Virus record (IMG/VR): IMGVR_UViG_3300043570_002364
Span: 2,245 to 66,244 of that record
Length of the DNA: 64,000 bases
Source: a virus
Lineage: Duplodnaviria; Caudoviricetes
Reading direction: 5' to 3' (one strand)
Below are positions 58,459 to 64,000 of the stretch, piece by piece. How positions within the stretch are numbered: the first letter of the stretch is position 1; every line of letters starts with the position of its first letter. The notes beneath the pieces were generated by a model, which did no database searches, had not been told where the DNA came from, and saw only the letters and a program-made list of their open reading frames with translations. The translations under genes were made by a program, and so were the position numbers.

Positions 58459-58656
58459 TTAATCGTTAATTAAATCGGTTTTCAAAGCTTCGTTAATACG
58501 AGCTATTTCTGCATCTGTAAATAATAATTTACCCTGCATCTTACGAGATAATTCCGATTCTGGTATCTTTGCGTTTAATGATAGCCACCTTTGTGTACGG
58601 CCATCTAAAGCTTCTTTTATTTTCTCATGAAGCTTTAATTCTGTTTTGATTTCCAT
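58459..58656 (-). CDS. HTH (Cro-like) regulator
   Basis: GRTQRWLSLNAKIPESELSRKMQG...FTDAEI; likely start MEIK at 58656. Confidence 0.65.
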   Translation of the reverse strand: MEIKTELKLHEKIKEALDGRTQRWLSLNAKIPESELSRKMQGKLLFTDAEIARINEALKTDLIND

Positions 58657-58770
58657 AAATTTGTTTTGATTATTGGATGACAAAAATAGTCTTATTTTTT
58701 ATATTCCCAAATATTTTTAACTTTTTTTTAAAATAATTTTGTGATTTAATTAAATTAATTATATTTGCTT

Positions 58771-58899
58771 ATGGAAAACCGGGAATTGATATATGATATG
58801 GCTAAGAGATTAGACATGATTATTGAAGTATGGAAGGCAGGAAAGTATATTGGTAAGTATAGATTTATAAATGGAATATTGCATAAACTAAAAGAATAA
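58771..58899 (+). CDS. small hypothetical protein (42 aa, not in ORF track)
   Basis: MENRELIYDMAKRL...; ATG 3 nt after a TATATTTG box (58760-58767). Confidence 0.5.
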   Translation: MENRELIYDMAKRLDMIIEVWKAGKYIGKYRFINGILHKLKE

Positions 58900-59099
58900 T
58901 GGAAGGCTATCAAGCTAAAGCAATTAAGTTGTATTTAAATTTTTTTTTAAAAGATAAAGTAACTGATTTTGAAAATAGAATTATAAAAGCCAAAAGCAGT
59001 GCTATATCATATGTTCAAAAAGAAATTGAATTAAAAAATAATAACCCAGAAGATTTGTTTTATTGGTGTAATGTAAAAAACGCACTTGAAAAAATATGA
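58899..59099 (+). CDS. small hypothetical protein, paralog of 13825..14025
   Basis: AKA..LY..F...AK..A...V..EI...YW..VK..LEKI. Confidence 0.6.
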   Translation: MEGYQAKAIKLYLNFFLKDKVTDFENRIIKAKSSAISYVQKEIELKNNNPEDLFYWCNVKNALEKI

Positions 59100-59641
59100 G
59101 AAACTCAACAATAATAGTTAAGAAAAAGCGTTGTATAAATTGTGGTAACATTGATTATCATTTTTCAAAAAAGATGTGTAAACAATGCGCTACTATAGCT
59201 TCTACGCAAAAGCGAATGGATGAATTTGAGGATGATTCTGAAAGTTTTAACAATTTAGTTCAAGACTTGGATCATGTATTTAGCCAATACATTAGAAACA
59301 AACAAGCTGATAAAAATGGTGTAGTAGAATGTTACACTTGTGGTAATAAACATACTATTGCAGAAATACAGTGTGGCCATTTTATGGGTAGATCTAACTT
59401 AGGAACTAGGTGGATGGAATCTAATTGCCGCCCACAATGTATGGAATGTAATTACTTTAAAACCGGCAACATAGAAGAATTTGAGAATAAGTTACATGAT
59501 GAAAATGGCGCATTGGTGGAATATTTAAGAGAAACTGCTAGGCAACCAGTAAGACCAACAAGAGAAGAATTAAAAGCTTTAATTTTAGAATATAGAGCTA
59601 AACTTAATTTAGTAAAAAAGAAGTTTATAAATATTGGTTGA
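59096..59641 (+). CDS. NinG/Rap-like recombination endonuclease
   Basis: LD.VFSQYIR...CYTCG...QCGHF..R....RW...NC.PQC..CN. Confidence 0.85.
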   Translation: MRNSTIIVKKKRCINCGNIDYHFSKKMCKQCATIASTQKRMDEFEDDSESFNNLVQDLDHVFSQYIRNKQADKNGVVECYTCGNKHTIAEIQCGHFMGRSNLGTRWMESNCRPQCMECNYFKTGNIEEFENKLHDENGALVEYLRETARQPVRPTREELKALILEYRAKLNLVKKKFINIG

Positions 59642-59660
59642 CGGTTTTTTATAGTAAATA

Positions 59661-59692
59661 CCCCCTGCAATTTCTATTGTGGGGGCTTTTTA
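59661..59692 (+). terminator. intrinsic terminator
   Basis: CCCCC-TGCAAT...ATTGT-GGGGG followed by CTTTTT. Confidence 0.7.
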
Positions 59693-60007
59693 TCAATCAA
59701 TAAATAAGTCAAAATATGGGTTTTTTGATTGATAAATTAAAACATGTGTCAAAATTATAAACTATTGATGTATTAAAATTATAAAAACTTGTTATTAATG
59801 TCACAATTTTAAGCGGATTTGTGACTTATAAGATACTTTATGGGCGCAAAGTAAAATATCTAAGCGCAAATGTTACTTTAATATATTTTTCGGTAACAAG
59901 TAACTATATAAATATGTTACAAAGTAAAGGTAAAACTTGACTAAACTTTACTTGTTCATTTTTTTATGCCGTTTACGGAAACGTAAACTATTGAAAAAAG
60001 TGAACAA
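59690..60007. repeat. non-coding array of consecutive, different inverted repeats
   Basis: At least six palindromic units; coordinates are given in the findings. Confidence 0.7.
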
Positions 60008-60032
60008 AAAGCCCCTCGTAGAAACGAAGGGC
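60006..60032 (-). terminator. intrinsic terminator on the minus strand
   Basis: GCCCTTCGT-TTCT-ACGAGGGGC followed by TTTTT when read on -. Confidence 0.7.
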
Positions 60033-60140
60033 GAGATTAAACCGTTAACACTTGCTATATGCAGCACAAATATACAAAATTTAATTAAATTTATTTTTTT
60101 AATTAAATTAATTAAATTAATTTTACAAAAAATATATAAA

Positions 60141-60338
60141 ATGGCAAGAAAAATAGATCCAAAATCAGTTTCAAGTAAAGTTGCTGAACTAACATTGGAA
60201 GAAAATATACGCTTTGAAAACCCATATACGTCAGTAATGGTAATGGTTTCTAATTTAAAAAAGAAAGAAGCCCACAAAGACAAGCTGTTTAAGATTAAAT
60301 ACGTAGATGGTATTACCACCGTATCTAGAGTAAAATAA
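60141..60338 (+). CDS. small DNA-binding-like protein (likely start ATG 60141)
   Basis: MARKIDPKSVSSKV...; the upstream extension in the ORF track runs through hairpins and AT-rich operator DNA. Confidence 0.6.
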   Translation: MARKIDPKSVSSKVAELTLEENIRFENPYTSVMVMVSNLKKKEAHKDKLFKIKYVDGITTVSRVK

Positions 60339-60349
60339 AACCAACACAT

Positions 60350-60715
60350 ATGCACATCCAAACCGTTAACTACACTAGAACATTTAATTTAGGCAATTAT
60401 TCTTCTGAAAAAATTGGCGTTGAATTTTCCCTTAATGAAGGAGATTCGGCTAATGCAGCTCTAGACACTGCTAGAGAATTGGTAGAAGAATATCACAAAC
60501 AAAGCGTGGTTAGATTAAAAAATCTAGGGTATTTTTATGATGAACAAATTTCTGAAGAAGTAATACCTACTCAATCAAAAAAATCATTAGTTGAAAAAAC
60601 TAAAGACTTTATTAATTCATGTAAGACAAAAAATGAATTAAAAGCCTGGGAATTGATGAGTAAAAGCAATCCGGAGTTACTAGAACACTATAATAATAAA
60701 TTTAAAACACTGTAA
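60350..60715 (+). CDS. hypothetical protein
   Basis: YTRTFNLGNYSSEKIG motif; upstream of the exonuclease. Confidence 0.65.
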   Translation: MHIQTVNYTRTFNLGNYSSEKIGVEFSLNEGDSANAALDTARELVEEYHKQSVVRLKNLGYFYDEQISEEVIPTQSKKSLVEKTKDFINSCKTKNELKAWELMSKSNPELLEHYNNKFKTL

Positions 60716-60717
60716 TT

Positions 60718-61440
60718 ATGCAATGGAATGACACACACATCAGAGCAAGCTCTGTAGGGTATTTAATGACCGAACCCGTAACAAAGGCTGATAAAGAAGC
60801 CGGATTGTTATCTAAAACAGCTCAAAAACATTTATTAGATGTCTATATAGCTGAAAAATATGGCCGTAAAAAAGATATACAAACCAAGCAAATGAAAAAA
60901 GGTGTAGAGGTAGAGCAAGAATCAATTGATTTGCTTTCTATGTACCTAAAGATGCCATTTAATAAAAATGAACAAAGGTTTACTAATGATTTTATTTCTG
61001 GCTCACCAGATATTATTGATAATGATAGAATAATTGACATTAAATCTAGCTATGATTTATGGACATTTATTGGAAACATACCTGATAAGTTGGATAATTT
61101 ATATTATTGGCAAATGCAGTCTTACATGTGGTTAACAGGAACAAAAAGTGCCGTTATTGCATACTGTTTAGTAAATACACCAGAGAATATTATTGAGCAA
61201 GAGAAGTATTATTTGCTTAAAAAAATGGATGTAGCTACAGAAGAAAACCCAGAATATGTAAAAGAAGCAATGAAGATTGAATTTAACATGTCATTTGATG
61301 ATATATCTATGGAAGAAAGAATACTTATGTTTCACGTTAGTAGAAATGAAGATGATATATTACGCATCCAACAAAAAGTAGAAAAAGCAAGAGAATTTTT
61401 AAAAGAAATAGAAGAAACACATTTAAACTTTAATAAGTAA
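60718..61440 (+). CDS. YqaJ/lambda-exonuclease-like PD-(D/E)xK nuclease
   Basis: IRASS, M.KG...E, GSPD...IIDIKSS, YYWQMQ.YMWLTG. Confidence 0.85.
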   Translation: MQWNDTHIRASSVGYLMTEPVTKADKEAGLLSKTAQKHLLDVYIAEKYGRKKDIQTKQMKKGVEVEQESIDLLSMYLKMPFNKNEQRFTNDFISGSPDIIDNDRIIDIKSSYDLWTFIGNIPDKLDNLYYWQMQSYMWLTGTKSAVIAYCLVNTPENIIEQEKYYLLKKMDVATEENPEYVKEAMKIEFNMSFDDISMEERILMFHVSRNEDDILRIQQKVEKAREFLKEIEETHLNFNK

Positions 61441-61441
61441 T

Positions 61442-61807
61442 ATGAATCCTGAAGTTAATAATGGTGCCAACATCATAAATGCTATTCAAAATTTAAAAAT
61501 GGCCCAAGAGCAATTTGAAGATTTTTGTAGGCAATACCCTAACTCACAAGGCTCAAGGTTATTTAAAAAATATAGTGATAAAATAGGTTGGATATTTAGC
61601 GATTTAGTATCAAATCCATTTCTTACTGAAGAGGTTAGGACTGGTATTAAAAACGAAATAGCTAGTGATGTATTTGCAGTCCCTGCGATTGTAGAAAAGG
61701 TAGCATTATTAACTCCAGATCAAAGAGATTTAATTGAATCTACATTAGATGCATTAATAAACGGAGAAGAAGTTAAAATAGTTGACATAAACGAAATAAA
61801 ACAATAA
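61442..61807 (+). CDS. hypothetical protein
   Basis: 121-aa ORF. Confidence 0.65.
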   Translation: MNPEVNNGANIINAIQNLKMAQEQFEDFCRQYPNSQGSRLFKKYSDKIGWIFSDLVSNPFLTEEVRTGIKNEIASDVFAVPAIVEKVALLTPDQRDLIESTLDALINGEEVKIVDINEIKQ

Positions 61808-61810
61808 AAA

Positions 61811-62074
61811 ATGGCAAAGAAAAAAACAGAAATACCAAAAGAAATACAGGTTTATACAGAAGGATGTGATTTCTGTATGCAATTTGATTATGATGAACCA
61901 CATGTAGTAGGCGCAAGCCCTGATGGTGAAGGTGGTTTGGAAATAGTACTAAAAGCATATCAAGATGCCGGCATTACTTTTGTGTGCCCAAATACAGGTA
62001 AAAAACTTAGATTATTTTCAAGGCCATTATCAGAAGCTGGTAAAAAAATATTAGAAGATCAACCTAAAAATTAA
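61811..62074 (+). CDS. hypothetical protein
   Basis: 87-aa ORF. Confidence 0.6.
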   Translation: MAKKKTEIPKEIQVYTEGCDFCMQFDYDEPHVVGASPDGEGGLEIVLKAYQDAGITFVCPNTGKKLRLFSRPLSEAGKKILEDQPKN

Positions 62075-62192
62075 ATAATGGGATTAATAATAACAATTAA
62101 CAACATGACAGGTATAATAATAATATCAATTTTTGGAATAATATCAATACTTGGTGCAATTGATGTTTATAAACAAACAAAAGATAAATAGT

Positions 62193-62564
62193 TTATTTTA
62201 AACTAAGTAAATATAAAGTTTCAGCAAATAATGTTGCAATTTCATCTACTTGATTTTGAACCCAGCTTTCTTGGTAAATATTCTTTCTTTCTTTTTCAAT
62301 TGCATTATAGCAAGACTTAAAATATTTAACAACTTGCTCATGACTTTTATAATCTACTGGACTATCTAATTGATAATGTTTAGGTCTTTCGTAAATTCCA
62401 CTTACGCTTTCTACTAATCCATCAGTTAAACCAACGATTGCATCATAAAATTTACCTAATGCTTTATGTTCTGCATAAGACTCGGTTTGATGGTGCCATA
62501 CTACAGATTGATCAAAAGCATCTTTAAGATAAGATACAAAATATGAAAATTTTTCTTCAGCCAT
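62193..62564 (-). CDS. DUF5856-like ferritin/Dps-fold protein
   Basis: WHHQT.SYAEHKALG.FYD....L.D..VE...G...QN.VDEI.....TLYLL.L. Confidence 0.75.
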   Translation of the reverse strand: MAEEKFSYFVSYLKDAFDQSVVWHHQTESYAEHKALGKFYDAIVGLTDGLVESVSGIYERPKHYQLDSPVDYKSHEQVVKYFKSCYNAIEKERKNIYQESWVQNQVDEIATLFAETLYLLSLK

Positions 62565-62584
62565 AATATTTTATTTGTGCTAAA

Positions 62585-62869
62585 TTACGATTTTTTATGT
62601 GTATTGGCAAATTTTCTAGCGGCTTCCACACTACCAAATCCCCACGCTTTGAGGGCTAACGCTTTACGTGTTGGCTCTCCATTTGGTTTTTTCATAGCCC
62701 CAAGCATACCAGCAAATCTAGCTGCAAATGAAACTCTACGAGGATTAACGCCAGATTTAACAGGTGATTTTAGATGCCCACCAGTTTCTGCATTATATGA
62801 TGCTCTACCTTTGGCATTTAAGCCACCTTCAGGATTTTTCCCTTCTTTACGTTGCCAAGCTCCAGACAT
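62585..62869 (-). CDS. DUF6321-like small basic protein
   Basis: AWQRKEGKNPEGGLNAKGRASY...RRVSFAARF.GM.G.MK.PNG.PTRKALALKAWG. Confidence 0.75.
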   Translation of the reverse strand: MSGAWQRKEGKNPEGGLNAKGRASYNAETGGHLKSPVKSGVNPRRVSFAARFAGMLGAMKKPNGEPTRKALALKAWGFGSVEAARKFANTHKKS

Positions 62870-62872
62870 AAC

Positions 62873-63028
62873 TTATTTTTTTTCTTGTGCTTTAATTTTC
62901 TTTTCTTGCTTTAGCATTTCTGGCGTAGGCTTTTTACCTGAACCAGCAGCCGCACGAATATTGTCCCAAAGACCACGAGGAGAAGATGAGCCATCAGCCC
63001 TTTTCATCATTTTTAATTTACTTTTCAT
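62873..63028 (-). CDS. small basic protein (51 aa, not in ORF track)
   Basis: MKSKLKMMKRADGSSSPRGLWDNIRAAAGSGKKPT...; ATGA overlap with the upstream gene. Confidence 0.65.
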   Translation of the reverse strand: MKSKLKMMKRADGSSSPRGLWDNIRAAAGSGKKPTPEMLKQEKKIKAQEKK

Positions 63029-63477
63029 TTTATAAGTTTAAGGTTTTTTAATTTTTTTATGATTTTATTAGCTTCTTCTTCTGCAAATCCTATTGCTTCC
63101 TCTTCTTTATCCTTTATATCCCAATTGTTTAGCAAAATACCCATGTGCATTGTTTCGTGCATTATTGCTGTCTTTTGTTCTTCAGCGTTATATCTTTTAA
63201 AAGTACCCATGTTTAAAAAAATAAACGGTTTATAAGGACTTTTGGCTGTAAGTTTTTTATCTGCTGGATTATAATTCGTAAGCCCATAAATATACACCCC
63301 ATTTCCCTTGGTTTTATCTACCTCCTCTGCTTGAGCATCCTTTAGATTTAACCCATGCATTTGTTTTACATCATAAAATTTAAAAATATCTGTAGCATCT
63401 TTACCAACAACCAATATGTATTTACCCATATCAAAATTGGTAACTGCTCGCTTCATCATTTTTAATTTACCTTTCAT
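63025..63477 (-). CDS. zincin-like metalloprotein
   Basis: IMHETMH (HExxH) plus EEEAI. Confidence 0.6.
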   Translation of the reverse strand: MKGKLKMMKRAVTNFDMGKYILVVGKDATDIFKFYDVKQMHGLNLKDAQAEEVDKTKGNGVYIYGLTNYNPADKKLTAKSPYKPFIFLNMGTFKRYNAEEQKTAIMHETMHMGILLNNWDIKDKEEEAIGFAEEEANKIIKKLKNLKLIK

Positions 63478-63493
63478 ACCGCTAAGATACGAA

Positions 63494-63757
63494 TTATTTC
63501 CAATTCTCTGCTTTCCAAATAGTCAAGTCTATCCCTTTTAAGCCCTCTGGAGGCGTTTTGTGGTTTTCAACAGGTATTTCTACCACTTTAGCATTATCTG
63601 CCAATTTTGAGGCTAATTCTACTGGAGAAATAGTATTTCCTTTTGGGTACTTCCTGTGAAAATAAACTCTGCATTTGTCTGAGCAAAACTTTTTCTTGGA
63701 TGTTTGACTTTCCATTCTTTCTCCGCAATAAATACAAAAAGGTGTTTTGTTTTTCAT
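63494..63757 (-). CDS. zinc-finger protein
   Basis: CIYCG...KKFCSDKCR (treble-clef-type C4). Confidence 0.7.
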   Translation of the reverse strand: MKNKTPFCIYCGERMESQTSKKKFCSDKCRVYFHRKYPKGNTISPVELASKLADNAKVVEIPVENHKTPPEGLKGIDLTIWKAENWK

Positions 63758-63758
63758 G

Positions 63759-63841
63759 TGTTACGATTAAGTGTTACGATTAAGTGATTTGTTACGATAA
63801 AGGTAGATATATTGTTACGATTAACCAAATTTTGTTACGAT
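63759..63841. repeat. five direct copies of TGTTACGAT
   Basis: Copies at 63759, 63772, 63790, 63813 and 63833. Confidence 0.85.
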
Positions 63842-64000
63842 CCCCCTCCTCCTCCTATTACCACAACAATACATAAACTAATTAACAGGGATCAATTGCA
63901 TGGCCATACCATACCGATACCATGGCTAGCACCATCCCCCATACCATACACATAGATAGATAGGTATTGCATGCACATACTAACAGGATCAAAACCAATG

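Noticed and set aside
59690-60060. CRISPR array or tRNA
   Set aside because: There is no constant repeat with unique spacers, and no cloverleaf with a T-loop GTTC motif.
59937-60361. ORF-track calls 59937..60338 (long form) and 59948..60361 (-)
   Set aside because: They run through hairpins and AT-rich operator DNA; the real gene most likely starts at ATG 60141, and the minus ORF is its antisense shadow.
62577-63035. 152-aa plus-strand ORF
   Set aside because: It is the antisense shadow of the DUF6321-like gene and the 51-aa basic gene.
1-64000. Stop-codon reassignment as in some crAss-like phages
   Set aside because: Long genes are intact under the standard code, and TAG and TGA both end normal tightly packed genes; no suppressor tRNA was seen.

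Overview
The window is most of the genome of an AT-rich dsDNA tailed phage, probably podovirus-like with a Crassvirales-type virion gene order, infecting a Bacteroidota host. The host call rests on TAnnTTTG -7 promoter boxes, A-rich start regions without Shine-Dalgarno motifs and a VirE-N/BT4734-type primase-helicase. Layout: small early ORFs (1-4.9 kb, +); nuclease, phosphoesterase and lysis genes (5-9.7 kb, -); a divergently transcribed glycosyltransferase/methyltransferase island (9.7-16 kb); a long minus-strand virion operon (16-53.9 kb: tail fibre, 3361-aa ejection protein, split tail muzzle, ring proteins, GroES, capsid, scaffold, portal, terminase); and replication/recombination genes (55-61.5 kb). 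I saw no integrase, DNA or RNA polymerase, tRNA, CRISPR array or reverse transcriptase. The best candidate for a new system is phage-encoded O-glycosylation of the virion. The island encodes protein O-glycosyltransferase-like enzymes (TibC/Aah-like and plant GT95/GT96-like). It sits next to a (Gly-Thr-Ser)n tail fibre, and seven genes across the genome carry mucin-like poly-Thr(AAP) tracts. A dense non-coding array of different palindromes at 59.66-60.03 kb is also unexplained. All family assignments come from motif recognition by eye; no database search was run.
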